In this document: one piece after another, positions 20,469 to 30,273 of the stretch
How positions within the stretch are numbered: the stretch's first letter is position 1
Layout of the letters: the number at the start of each line of letters is the position of its first letter
NCBI GenBank assembly: GCA_041740355.1
Contig: JBGSMD010000011.1
Coordinates: forward strand, 32,001 to 96,000
Direction: 5' to 3'
DNA from: Bdellovibrionota bacterium
GTDB lineage: Bacteria; Bdellovibrionota_C; UBA2361; CALJRW01
DNA: 64,000 nt
Position numbers and translations under genes: made by a program
The notes under the pieces: model-generated
What the model saw: only the letters and a program-made list of their open reading frames with translations
Database searches by the model: none
What the model was told of the DNA's origin: nothing

Positions 20469-21146
20469 TTGCTTAAAATAATTGACTTAGGCCTCTGCGA
20501 CTACCAAGAAACCCGCGATCTACAAAAAGAGCTCCAACAAAAACTAATCGCTGGTGACCCAGATGACTATCTAATTATCTGTTCCCATACTGCGGTAATA
20601 ACCCGCGGAAAAAGTTCCAAGGAAAATCAAATTCTGGCTAGTGAAGCGGAATTAGAAGCACAAAAAATTTCTGTTATTGAAGTTGAACGTGGAGGTGAAA
20701 CTACCTATCACGATCCGGGACAGCTAATTCTTTATCCAATTATTAATTTAAGTCGCCATAAAAAAGATGTTGCTTGGTATCTAAGACAACTAGAGGAAGT
20801 GATAATTCTTAGCCTTCAAGAATTTGGTGTGCGAGGGCTTAGGATTCAAGGGAAAACAGGTGTTTGGATTGGATCGGGCGGTGGTTTTCCCGATCGCAAG
20901 ATTGCTTCTTTGGGCGTCCGGATTTCTCGTTGGTGTACAATGCATGGTTTAGCCGTAAACATTTATAATTCTGACAAATTCAAGGTTATTGTTCCTTGTG
21001 GGATTGATGGGGTTATGATGACAGATTTAATTACTGAAACGAGAGTGGATTCGCAACTCTCAGTTGATCTTTTTGTAAAGTTTCAAGATAGTATTGTAGC
21101 TAATTTCCAGCGAGTTTTTAAGTCCCCAGAACTTCCTAAGCTATAA
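20469..21146 (+). CDS. lipB: Lipoyl(octanoyl) transferase
   Basis: RGGETTYHDPGQL, RKIASLG, HGLAVN, IVPCG. Confidence 0.95.
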   Translation: MLKIIDLGLCDYQETRDLQKELQQKLIAGDPDDYLIICSHTAVITRGKSSKENQILASEAELEAQKISVIEVERGGETTYHDPGQLILYPIINLSRHKKDVAWYLRQLEEVIILSLQEFGVRGLRIQGKTGVWIGSGGGFPDRKIASLGVRISRWCTMHGLAVNIYNSDKFKVIVPCGIDGVMMTDLITETRVDSQLSVDLFVKFQDSIVANFQRVFKSPELPKL

Positions 21147-21225
21147 ATTCCAGCGCTTGAGGATTATCGCTATAACTGATAATTTACCTATCTAAATAAA
21201 GTCTACTAATAATCAATATAAAAAA

Positions 21226-22548
21226 ATGAAAATCGACATGTTAATGCCCCAGATGGGCGAGTCAATCACCGAAGCTACAATTTCTAAATGGCTTAAGAAA
21301 GCTGGTGATTTTGTTAATAAAGACGAAACAATCTTAGAAATCACGACAGATAAAGTTGATTCTGAAATTCCAGCGCCGGCTTCAGGTATCTTAACTGAAG
21401 TATTGTATGCTGAAGGTGATGTTGTACCAGTCAAAAATAAAATTGCGGTAATCGATTCTGAGGGTAAAGCTTCTGCTGCTCCAGAGAGCCATGTGACTGT
21501 TGAAAAAAATATTGCTGAGCCTAAGAAAATGGAGAGTGCCCCAGTTGCAAGCAAACAAGAGGTGATTGATGTGACTGAAGAATCTGGTGATTCCAAATTT
21601 TACTCGCCATTAGTTAAAAGTTTAGCAAATAAACATAACTTAACTATGGCGGAATTAGATTCCCTTCGAGGATCTGGAACTGCAGGAAGAGTTACCAAAG
21701 AAGATGTTCTTGATTATGTTGAGCAAAAAACCAAACCTCAAGCAGCAGCGCCAGTTGCCACTCAAGTCATAGCTCCTGTTCAGCCAATTGCCTCAAAACC
21801 AGCAGCACCATCTAAAGCAGACTTGCCGACTAACCAATGGTTGCCTGATGGTACTAAGCGAGTTCCGATGGATGGTATGAGACGGGCAATTGCTGATCAC
21901 ATGGTAAGATCAAAACATACTAGTCCTCACGTTTACACTGTGCAGGAAGCTGATGTAAGCAAGGTTTCTAAGTGGAGAGCTATCCATAAAGATGAATTTA
22001 AAAAGCGGGAAGGCTTTGGTTTAAGTTTTACTCCTTTCTTTTTAGAAGCAGCAGTAAAAGCCTTACAGGAATTTCCAATTGTTAATGCCAGTATCGAAGA
22101 AAAAACAATTGTTTATAAGAAAGATGTCAATTTAGGTTGCGCAGTTTCTATTGGTAACACTGGATTAATTGTTCCAGTTATTAAGAAAGCTGATGAGCGT
22201 AATTTAGTTGGACTTGCCCGTAGCTTAAATGAATTAGCACTAAAAGCTCGTGATAAGAAGCTTACTCCTGATGAAGTAACAGGCGGAACTTTCACTATAA
22301 CTAATCCTGGAGTTTTCGGAACAATGATTGGAACACCAATTATTAATCAGCCACAGTCAGCAATCCTGTGCCTTGGTGCAATTGAAAAACGACCAGTTGT
22401 GGTTGATGATATGATTGCTATTCGGGAGCGTTGTTACATAACTCTTTCTTACGATCATCGAATCATTGATGGAGCGATCAGCGCGCAGTATTTAGCATTT
22501 ATTTGTAACTACCTAGCTAACTGGGACATGGAACGCGGATTGTTTTAG
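21226..22548 (+). CDS. 2-oxoacid dehydrogenase E2 (dihydrolipoamide acyltransferase), single lipoyl domain
   Basis: MPQMGESITE...ITTDKVDSE lipoyl domain, E3-binding GTAGRVTKED, DHRIIDG. Confidence 0.95.
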   Translation: MKIDMLMPQMGESITEATISKWLKKAGDFVNKDETILEITTDKVDSEIPAPASGILTEVLYAEGDVVPVKNKIAVIDSEGKASAAPESHVTVEKNIAEPKKMESAPVASKQEVIDVTEESGDSKFYSPLVKSLANKHNLTMAELDSLRGSGTAGRVTKEDVLDYVEQKTKPQAAAPVATQVIAPVQPIASKPAAPSKADLPTNQWLPDGTKRVPMDGMRRAIADHMVRSKHTSPHVYTVQEADVSKVSKWRAIHKDEFKKREGFGLSFTPFFLEAAVKALQEFPIVNASIEEKTIVYKKDVNLGCAVSIGNTGLIVPVIKKADERNLVGLARSLNELALKARDKKLTPDEVTGGTFTITNPGVFGTMIGTPIINQPQSAILCLGAIEKRPVVVDDMIAIRERCYITLSYDHRIIDGAISAQYLAFICNYLANWDMERGLF

Positions 22549-22579
22549 TCCCAAGCCAATTTTATATTAGGTAAATACA

Positions 22580-23131
22580 TTGAGAGTAATCGCAGGAATC
22601 GCCAAAGGTCGTCGCTTAGAATCAGCAGTAGGGGACGAGACTCGTCCAATTACTGATCGAGTTAAAGAGGCATTATTTAATATCTTAATGCCATATTTAG
22701 AGGGTGCCGTTTTTTTAGATTTATTTGCTGGCACAGGCTCTGTTGGTATTGAAGCTTTAAGTCGTGGCGCAGAGAAGTGTTATTTCTTAGAAGTTAATCG
22801 CAAGGCTTACGATGCTTGTCGTAAGAATATTGATCATTGTGGATTCTCCGAACAAGGGGAACTTCGGAACGCCGATGCTTTTGCTTATTTAAAATCCGCC
22901 AAAAAATCTTTTGATATTATTTTTATTGATCCACCACAGTTTAAAAACATGTGGGTGGAAGTTTTAAAAATGATTGCCGAGCGTCCAAATCTTTTAAAGA
23001 ATGAAGCGATGGTGATTGTGAAAATTCATCCAAAAGAATACGAAGAGTTTTCCTCTTCTACCTTAGAAGAATATCGTGTTAGTAAGTATGGCAACAATAG
23101 CTTGGTTTTCTACCGATTGAAATCACATTAA
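22580..23131 (+). CDS. rsmD: 16S rRNA (guanine966-N2)-methyltransferase
   Basis: MRVIAGIAKGRRL, TRPITDRVKEALFN, LDLFAGTGSVGIEALSRGA, DPP. Confidence 0.95.
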   Translation: MRVIAGIAKGRRLESAVGDETRPITDRVKEALFNILMPYLEGAVFLDLFAGTGSVGIEALSRGAEKCYFLEVNRKAYDACRKNIDHCGFSEQGELRNADAFAYLKSAKKSFDIIFIDPPQFKNMWVEVLKMIAERPNLLKNEAMVIVKIHPKEYEEFSSSTLEEYRVSKYGNNSLVFYRLKSH

Positions 23132-23161
23132 CGGAAAACAATAATAGTCGTCATCTTTTGA

Positions 23162-23728
23162 TTAGGCTTGGTTTCTTCTTTCATGATACGCTTTGGCAGC
23201 TTTTAGTATATCAGATGTCATTTTATCATCTTCCCAATAATCAGGCCTATCAATAATAGAATTGATAACTTCAGGGGCTAGTGGTTTACCATCGCCATCT
23301 TGAAACCCAAGCTGAGCAAAGATTTCTCTTAGTCCCGCCTCTAATTTTTCGGGAGTCATGAAAGCAAGAAATACCTTTTGCTTGCGCTCTAGCGCAGCTT
23401 CAGAAAATACTGGTACAGGTGGAAGAACTTCTCTCTCAGGGGCAGATTCAACAGCAGAAGCAATAGGAGCTAATCTTTCATAAGCCGCCCTTAGGTTAGC
23501 TGGGACAATTGGATTCCCGCTGTTTAACATCTTACTTACACCAATCGTCTTGGTATGATCTATGATTCCCAAAGCCAATAGTGCAGTAACAATTTCGCGT
23601 ACTTGATCAGCTTGCGGAGTCGCTCTCAGTTTCGTCGCTAACTCTGTGTCTTTAGAAAGAGCTTCAATCATATTAATAATTTGATTGAAGACCTCTTCTT
23701 TGGGTTGCCGTTCAGATACTAAGTCCAT
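23162..23728 (-). CDS. Hypothetical protein, paralogue of 23874-24446
   Basis: Shared NP..PA.L...Y..L, LPP.PVF and P.YWED motifs. Confidence 0.75.
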   Translation of the reverse strand: MDLVSERQPKEEVFNQIINMIEALSKDTELATKLRATPQADQVREIVTALLALGIIDHTKTIGVSKMLNSGNPIVPANLRAAYERLAPIASAVESAPEREVLPPVPVFSEAALERKQKVFLAFMTPEKLEAGLREIFAQLGFQDGDGKPLAPEVINSIIDRPDYWEDDKMTSDILKAAKAYHERRNQA

Positions 23729-23873
23729 AATTACATCTTTAAATTTTTATAATTGTTGTATGAAATAATAAGAGCATTTTTAAGCTTAAGCAAACTTATT
23801 TTCAGCAATTTTATGAAAAAAACTTAGGTTTTAATAGGCACATGTTCTTACTCTTAAGAGAAGACTAATTATG

Positions 23874-24446
23874 TTATTTTTTGTACTTAGCACGCAGACC
23901 ATCGATTAATGAATCTGCTAGTGTGCTATCTTCCCAATAAGAAGGATCCGTGACTATTCCTGCGATTTCTTCGGAGGTAAGTAATCGGTCTCCAGTTTTT
24001 AATCCAAGTTTACTCATTGCTTTAATTAATTCTTCGGAGATTTGATCAGGTCTAGTAGAAGCGGCCGCAATAACTGCTAACCTACGTAGATCCATATCTG
24101 GGGTAAAGACTGGTGCCGGCGGAAGTGTTTCCACTAATATTTCAGGGACCGGACTTTCTGTTAGTGTCGTCTCGACTACGGGTTTTGGTAAAGCCTGATA
24201 ACGTGTCAGCAATGCTGCTGGGATAGTGGGATTAGCACTTTGTAGGTCTTGAATAACCGGAATAGACTGTTGTCTGACATAAAATCTAGCTTCGACAAGT
24301 TCGTTTGCTAATCTAGTTGCTCGAAGAGAGGCAGATACATTTTCCAGTTCTAAAATACTTGGCTTATTAGTAACTGCAGCCAACATTTTTATGATTTCCA
24401 TTACATTCGGATGGATTGTTGGGGCTTGTGCTGGACCTTGGGACAT
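23874..24446 (-). CDS. Hypothetical protein, paralogue of 23162-23728
   Basis: Same motifs; AGGAG RBS; TTGCTT-N17-TATACT promoter upstream. Confidence 0.75.
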   Translation of the reverse strand: MSQGPAQAPTIHPNVMEIIKMLAAVTNKPSILELENVSASLRATRLANELVEARFYVRQQSIPVIQDLQSANPTIPAALLTRYQALPKPVVETTLTESPVPEILVETLPPAPVFTPDMDLRRLAVIAAASTRPDQISEELIKAMSKLGLKTGDRLLTSEEIAGIVTDPSYWEDSTLADSLIDGLRAKYKK

Positions 24447-24817
24447 CTTTACTCCTTAATTATTTGCAGGCTAGGAGGGAAGTTTGACAGAGCCTGCATT
24501 AACGCAGAAGCGAGTATAAAGAGATCTTATTTGCTAAGCAAACTTTAAATTATTTGTATTATTGTACTAACATATACGAGAAATAACTTTTGATTCGGTA
24601 AGATACCAGTTTGTTTTTAATCATTTCACATACAATTTATTAGCAATTAGTTCCATTGAAAAATTACTGGATCGCTCCTAAGCAGTTTTTTAACATCAAC
24701 TGCTCCAACTATAGCAGGCTAAATAACTGTGTCGTGTTATGTAAACTATAAATACAAATCTAATCGATTATATCTTTTGATTTTTTTTAGTTTCCATTTA
24801 ATACTTAGGAGTATAGC

Positions 24818-27800
24818 CTACTGTTTATATTGCCACATACTATTAGTAAAGCTATCGACACCAGCAAGCGCTTTAAAGCGGTCGTTATATGCAAAAATCG
24901 CAGGATGATTCCAAGCATCTTTTTGTCCCATCAGTTCAGCTGCTAAAACTGTTCCTGCCATTGCTGGCCAGACTACGTGTCTGTAATATACTGCGCCGTC
25001 TTTTAAATGGAAGCGACTATCATCTTTGCTAGGCTCCCAATAATGTCTGATCCCCCAATCAGGTAAGCCAAATTGATCCTGAGTGTATGTTTTATTACCA
25101 AATTCTAAAACTCTTCCAATATCATTACTTTTATCGTGAGTGAAACGATCTCCAACAAAAAAAGTTTCAGTGTCTTCTTGAAAAATAGTTGGATTAGCTG
25201 CAAAAGCTTTTAGTTCAGTGCTATCTGGGTTGTTTCTACTAAGTGCCACAGCGGCAATAAATAGAGGAAATTTACGTCCACACATTTTCCCACCATTATG
25301 ATAAAAAGCTCCCCCATTTTTTAAATAGCCCATAATATCTATTCCAGCTTGGATAGTCTGAATAATTGCTTTCTCTTTTTCCGCATTTGAGTAATTTAAA
25401 TTTAACCACAAACCTACCTTGCCCCATTTCTGAGCGATTTCTCGACCATAAACTGAGGGCACTAATTGACCATTTTCATTAGCTAGTTCTCCAGCAATAT
25501 TTCTCCATGGAATTAGTAGACCTGCAAGTGGATTTGTATGCCATTCCCACCAGGGCAGAGCAGGTAATTTAGCTTCTATCTCAACTTTTGTAGGTGCTCC
25601 ATTTGGAATAGGTAATTTTTTAAATACATCATAATTAATCATGCTTTTGTTCCATCTAACACGACGGTCAGTCCCATATGGAGCGGGTCGAAAACTTCCT
25701 ATTGCTGGTTGGGTTGCTAAGACTGTTAAGACAGCAACGGTTTCATAATAGCGTGGGTATATCTGTGAGTTTGTTATTGAGGATACTAAAGCATCTCCAG
25801 CCTGAAGAACAAATGGAAATGATCTAGCTATGTTCAAGTCCTTATTATAGCTGATCGTATCAAATGTTGATGCAAAATTATCAAAGCCTTGCTTATTATC
25901 CCCAGCAACCGGATTTTTCATCGATCCGCTTGTAACAATTGGCGAGGTGATATTAGTTTTGGGATTAATATCCGTTATAGTCACAGGACCTAAAACCCAC
26001 GGCTCCCCATTTGCAAAAGTTCCCATAGGACGAGGACTAGTAAATGTCCAGGTAATGCCATAATGAGTTACGGTGGACACTGAGTGTCCGTAAACAATAC
26101 AAGAAGTATTGCCAGCGTTTACAAATCCTTCATTGCAGTATTTAACATTACAATCACTCCAACTGCTCCAACTACTGTTACTGCAAGTTCTTACTTGTTC
26201 ACCAGTACCATTAACCATCGGGCAACTTTTTGTATCATCACCAATACAACCTAAAACCGGAGTACTACTCGGTGTTGGAGTTGGGGTTGGGGTAGGAGGT
26301 GGTGGTGTTGGAAGAACAGGCGGAGTTGAAATTGATACAGGGTCAGAGAAATGGGTAATGTTCTGACTTCCAACAGGAGCAAAGTATCCAAAACGGTTTA
26401 ACGCCGAGATTGCACTTTGTGTTTCGCGAAAGGGGTAATTAGTTGCGATCTGAAATGATTGTCCAGTATTATTTTGAATTACTACTGAATAAATTTTATA
26501 AGCCAAATGCACATCCATGGTAACTTGGTATTGTTGACCAGCAACATAATTTACATTTTGAACTGCGGCATAAACATTTCCTTTTCTAGCATCAATAAAA
26601 CCGTTGCTATTAAACCTTAAAGTCGTCGCTAAGGAGTCATAACCAGTAGCATTGTTATTTGATAATCCTGTTAATGAATCAATATTATTGCTTAACGGAA
26701 TTGTCTTATAAGTAATTCTAAAACTACCAGTTTGATTGGTAATATTTTTATTCTTCCATAAATTTGAAGTTACAAGTTCTTCCCCCGGAGGTACTGAAGG
26801 TGCTGGGGTCACTGTCGGAGTTGGAGTAACTGTTGGTGTCGGGTTAACACCAGGCACTGTGAAAACTACTTCACTAAGACTACTAAAGGTGCTTGGATCA
26901 TTTTGATCATAAACATCCTTTCTGGCTCTTATCCAGAACCTATAGGTATTTCCAGCAACAACATTAAGGTTGTAAGAATTCCCTGTGTAGTTAAGTTCAA
27001 ACAATATATCTGTATTAGTGGTAATATTTACTGCTCCAAGTAGAAATTTCGTGTTGGAAGATTGCCAGTTAATAGTTACTAAATTTGTAACATTCTGCAG
27101 ATTAGGCGCAGATAATACTGGGACAGGAAGTTGTCCTGGAGTAGGTACAGGCGTGATGCTTGGAGTTGGTGTTGGTAGAGGTGTGTTAGTAGGATTAGGA
27201 GTTACTGATGGATTTGGAGATGGATTCGTTACAAGAGAATTTGTGGTAACCCTAACCTTTAGTACTGAGGAGTAATCAGATACTAAGTGAACATTTTGCA
27301 AATTCTTAAATGCTACAATCTTAACAAAATAATCAAAGTTAGAACTTAAATCAGATAGGATAACTTTATGATTATTAGTTTTTGCTACTTGTTGATAGCT
27401 TATTCCACCATCTTTGCTTAAATATACAATATAGCCATCAGCATTGCCTCCCCACTTAAGTTCTTTTGTGCTGTTAACAAAGCTAACTCCAGTTGGGGTA
27501 CTAGGACTACTCAAATCTTGTACTTCAGCACAGACTGACTCATAAGCCGTAGCTAAGAGCTGTCCGTAAGTTGTATAAAATAGCGCATATTCTTTAGCTA
27601 GCTGTGCTTTTAAGATCTCTTGATTTACTGTTTTAAGATTAGCCTTATTATCCTTTGCACGTATTTTCTGACGCTTAGCTTCTAACACTCTTAGTTGTTT
27701 CTCTACCTTCTTGGCAATCTTATTATCTGATAAATAAGTAATATAACTATTAATGGAATCGCTAATAGAATATCCCGTAGATTGGTGAGTAGGGTTTACT

Positions 27801-28285
27801 TGTGGTGTAGTTCCACAGGTTAAGATCTGATTATCAAGGAGTAACTTTACTCCTGATTCTAACTTACTTTTGTTGCCACCAAGCACTAAAGGCGGAAGGC
27901 ATTTTTTGGTAGTAGCTTGTGGCTCAACATTTAAAATCTTACCAACTAAGCTAGTAAAACTATCCTTGTTAAAATTCTTTAGTAGTTTAGTCTGAAAAGT
28001 ATTTATTCCATTAAAGATCTTCTTAGCTTCACCTGGTTTCTCAGCAGCTAGATCGATAAACTCATCTGTACAAATACTTAAATTATAGGCACTGGCTAAT
28101 TCAACAGAGGGTAATGTTATTTCAGTTAGTTCTGATTCTGCTTTAATTACTGCTGTGGTGTTTTGAAATAAGGAGAAATTCGGAGATCCAAGAAAGGATA
28201 ATAAACAAACTCCAATGATAAGTGTTAATGCTACCTGTAGTAGGTGATATTTAGTACCTGATATTTTCCTAGAAGAACTATTCAT
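24818..28285 (-). CDS. Large modular surface/secreted protein (FN3-like domains, PT linkers, Cys-rich module, C-terminal helical domain)
   Basis: N-terminal TM/signal; FN3-like PSTPTGV...YFVKIVAF; three Pro/Thr repeat tracts; CxxxxWSxWSxC. Confidence 0.8.
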   Translation of the reverse strand: MNSSSRKISGTKYHLLQVALTLIIGVCLLSFLGSPNFSLFQNTTAVIKAESELTEITLPSVELASAYNLSICTDEFIDLAAEKPGEAKKIFNGINTFQTKLLKNFNKDSFTSLVGKILNVEPQATTKKCLPPLVLGGNKSKLESGVKLLLDNQILTCGTTPQVNPTHQSTGYSISDSINSYITYLSDNKIAKKVEKQLRVLEAKRQKIRAKDNKANLKTVNQEILKAQLAKEYALFYTTYGQLLATAYESVCAEVQDLSSPSTPTGVSFVNSTKELKWGGNADGYIVYLSKDGGISYQQVAKTNNHKVILSDLSSNFDYFVKIVAFKNLQNVHLVSDYSSVLKVRVTTNSLVTNPSPNPSVTPNPTNTPLPTPTPSITPVPTPGQLPVPVLSAPNLQNVTNLVTINWQSSNTKFLLGAVNITTNTDILFELNYTGNSYNLNVVAGNTYRFWIRARKDVYDQNDPSTFSSLSEVVFTVPGVNPTPTVTPTPTVTPAPSVPPGEELVTSNLWKNKNITNQTGSFRITYKTIPLSNNIDSLTGLSNNNATGYDSLATTLRFNSNGFIDARKGNVYAAVQNVNYVAGQQYQVTMDVHLAYKIYSVVIQNNTGQSFQIATNYPFRETQSAISALNRFGYFAPVGSQNITHFSDPVSISTPPVLPTPPPPTPTPTPTPSSTPVLGCIGDDTKSCPMVNGTGEQVRTCSNSSWSSWSDCNVKYCNEGFVNAGNTSCIVYGHSVSTVTHYGITWTFTSPRPMGTFANGEPWVLGPVTITDINPKTNITSPIVTSGSMKNPVAGDNKQGFDNFASTFDTISYNKDLNIARSFPFVLQAGDALVSSITNSQIYPRYYETVAVLTVLATQPAIGSFRPAPYGTDRRVRWNKSMINYDVFKKLPIPNGAPTKVEIEAKLPALPWWEWHTNPLAGLLIPWRNIAGELANENGQLVPSVYGREIAQKWGKVGLWLNLNYSNAEKEKAIIQTIQAGIDIMGYLKNGGAFYHNGGKMCGRKFPLFIAAVALSRNNPDSTELKAFAANPTIFQEDTETFFVGDRFTHDKSNDIGRVLEFGNKTYTQDQFGLPDWGIRHYWEPSKDDSRFHLKDGAVYYRHVVWPAMAGTVLAAELMGQKDAWNHPAIFAYNDRFKALAGVDSFTNSMWQYKQ

Positions 28286-28454
28286 CGAACCAACCTTTAA
28301 ACACCTGCGTAGCGAAGATAACCAAAAAACTTAGGGACAAAAATATCCTGATATTTGTGGATGCAAATAATTTAAAAGCGATTCAAATCAAGAGGTTAGG
28401 AAAAGCCAAATTAGCCATTACTCGATATCAGTTTAGTAATAATACAAATATAGT

Positions 28455-28543
28455 AAGTCCAAAAAGTAATTTCCGAAGGATATTGCTTTTTGGGGTTTAC
28501 TATCCGCCGCAAGCGTAATAAAATCATATAGTTATGATAAAAA
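28455..28543 (+). repeat. Dispersed ~90-bp intergenic repeat, copy 2
   Basis: CCAAAAAGTAAT...ATTGCTTTTTGGGG...TATCC...AATAAAATCATATAGTTAT. Confidence 0.75.
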
Positions 28544-28714
28544 TACCGTTTCAATATTCGGAAATTAGTTTTTGTCAGCACTATATAATCTAGGATTTTA
28601 CAATTTTTTACCTAATTTTTGGGATATTAAGTGAGAAACTGAAAGTAGTAGGTATTACTTTCCATAAATCTAACAAAGATTAGTTTTCATTTTTGAGGCT
28701 TTCTTTTCTAATAT

Positions 28715-30235
28715 TTAGGCTAATAAACTTCTTCCTGTCATTACTTCTGGCTGCTTAAGTCCCATTAATTCTAAAACAGTAGGGGCGACATCGCCCAAAC
28801 AAGCATCTGCCAGCTGTTTAATATTTCTATTAGTATTAAATAGAATTACCGGTACTGGAAAAGTGGTATGTGCTGTGTGAGGACTTCCGTCCGCTTTGAT
28901 CATCTGCTCAGCGTTACCATGATCGGCAATAATTACAGCCTGACCATTCTTAGCTTTTAGTTCTACTAAGATTTCACCAAGACAGCTATCCACATACTCC
29001 ACTGCCTTAATTGCGGCTTCTAAAACTCCAGTATGTCCAACCATGTCGCAGTTCGCAAAGTTTACTACAATCAAATCGTAAGTCTCACTGCTAATCGCGT
29101 TTAAAACTGATTCTTTAACTTCCAAAGCACTCATCTCGGGCTTTAGATCGTAAGTCTTAACATCACGAGGAGATGGTTGTAGTGAGCGATATTCTTCTTT
29201 ATTGATCTCATCCGTTAGTCCATTAAAGAAGTAGGTTACGTGGGGATACTTCTCAGTTTCAGCAATTCTAATTTGTTTCAGGCCAGCATCCGCTACGACT
29301 TCTCCTAGGCTATGAGTAACGTTTTGTTGTTCAAAAAGAAAATTGAGTCCAAAATCTTTTTCATACTCTGTAAAGCAGAGTACTCTTTCCTTTTGAGGAA
29401 GAGAATTTTCTCTGGCAAAACCAGCAAAGTCTTCTAAGCACAATGCGCTAACAAGTTGCCGCATTCGATCTGCTCGAAAGTTCCAAAAGAGCACAGCACT
29501 ATCCGCAGCAATGCTTGGCGCATTATTAATAATGGCAGGTTCAATGAATTCATCAAAAATATCTTGGCTGTAAGATGTTTGAATAAAGTCTGAGGCTCTT
29601 TTAGCTTCTTGTCCTTCGCCACAAACATAACAGCGATATGCTTTTTCAGTTCTGTCCCAACGCTGGTCACGATCCATGCTGTGGTAACGTCCACAAACGG
29701 TAGCGATTTGTACTTGATTTTGGTTTCTTAACTTGTCTTCTAAATCACGGATTTGATCTAGTGATCTAGTAGGGGAAACATCACGACCGTCAGTAATTAA
29801 ATGAAGGTAGATTTTACCTTTAAATTCTTCTTTTAAGATTTCGATTAATTGAATTAAATGATCCTTATTAGAATGTACTCCACCATCGCTAAATAATCCC
29901 ACTAAATGAATATCACGCGCTGTTAATAAGCCATTAGCAAATCTTTGATAGTGGTTATTAGAGTTTAAATAGTTTTGGTTTAAGCGACGAGCGATTAGGA
30001 CTAGCCACTGCTCGATTACTCGACCCGCACCAATATTTAAATGTCCAACTTCTGAGTTGCCCATCTGTCCTGCGGGCAAACCAACTAATTCACCATGGGT
30101 TGTTAAAGTAGAGTTAGGTGAAGTTTTAAATAATTCATCGAGCGTGGGAGTCTTTGCAGCTTTGACGGCATTGCCATAGGTGTCAGGATTTAATCCCAGT
30201 CCATCAAGTACGCATAAAAGTGTAGTTTTTTTCAT
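28715..30235 (-). CDS. gpmI: 2,3-bisphosphoglycerate-independent phosphoglycerate mutase
   Basis: LDGLG, GQMGNSEVGH, SDGGVHS, AETEKYPHVTYFFNG, NCDMVGHTG, ADHGNAE. Confidence 0.97.
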   Translation of the reverse strand: MKKTTLLCVLDGLGLNPDTYGNAVKAAKTPTLDELFKTSPNSTLTTHGELVGLPAGQMGNSEVGHLNIGAGRVIEQWLVLIARRLNQNYLNSNNHYQRFANGLLTARDIHLVGLFSDGGVHSNKDHLIQLIEILKEEFKGKIYLHLITDGRDVSPTRSLDQIRDLEDKLRNQNQVQIATVCGRYHSMDRDQRWDRTEKAYRCYVCGEGQEAKRASDFIQTSYSQDIFDEFIEPAIINNAPSIAADSAVLFWNFRADRMRQLVSALCLEDFAGFARENSLPQKERVLCFTEYEKDFGLNFLFEQQNVTHSLGEVVADAGLKQIRIAETEKYPHVTYFFNGLTDEINKEEYRSLQPSPRDVKTYDLKPEMSALEVKESVLNAISSETYDLIVVNFANCDMVGHTGVLEAAIKAVEYVDSCLGEILVELKAKNGQAVIIADHGNAEQMIKADGSPHTAHTTFPVPVILFNTNRNIKQLADACLGDVAPTVLELMGLKQPEVMTGRSLLA

Positions 30236-30273
30236 TTTTAATTATGATAATAAATATTAAAAGAAATATCTGA

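Noticed and set aside
26260-27230. GTTGGAGTT-type short tandem repeats
   Set aside because: Explained by Pro-Thr linker codons of the large surface protein.
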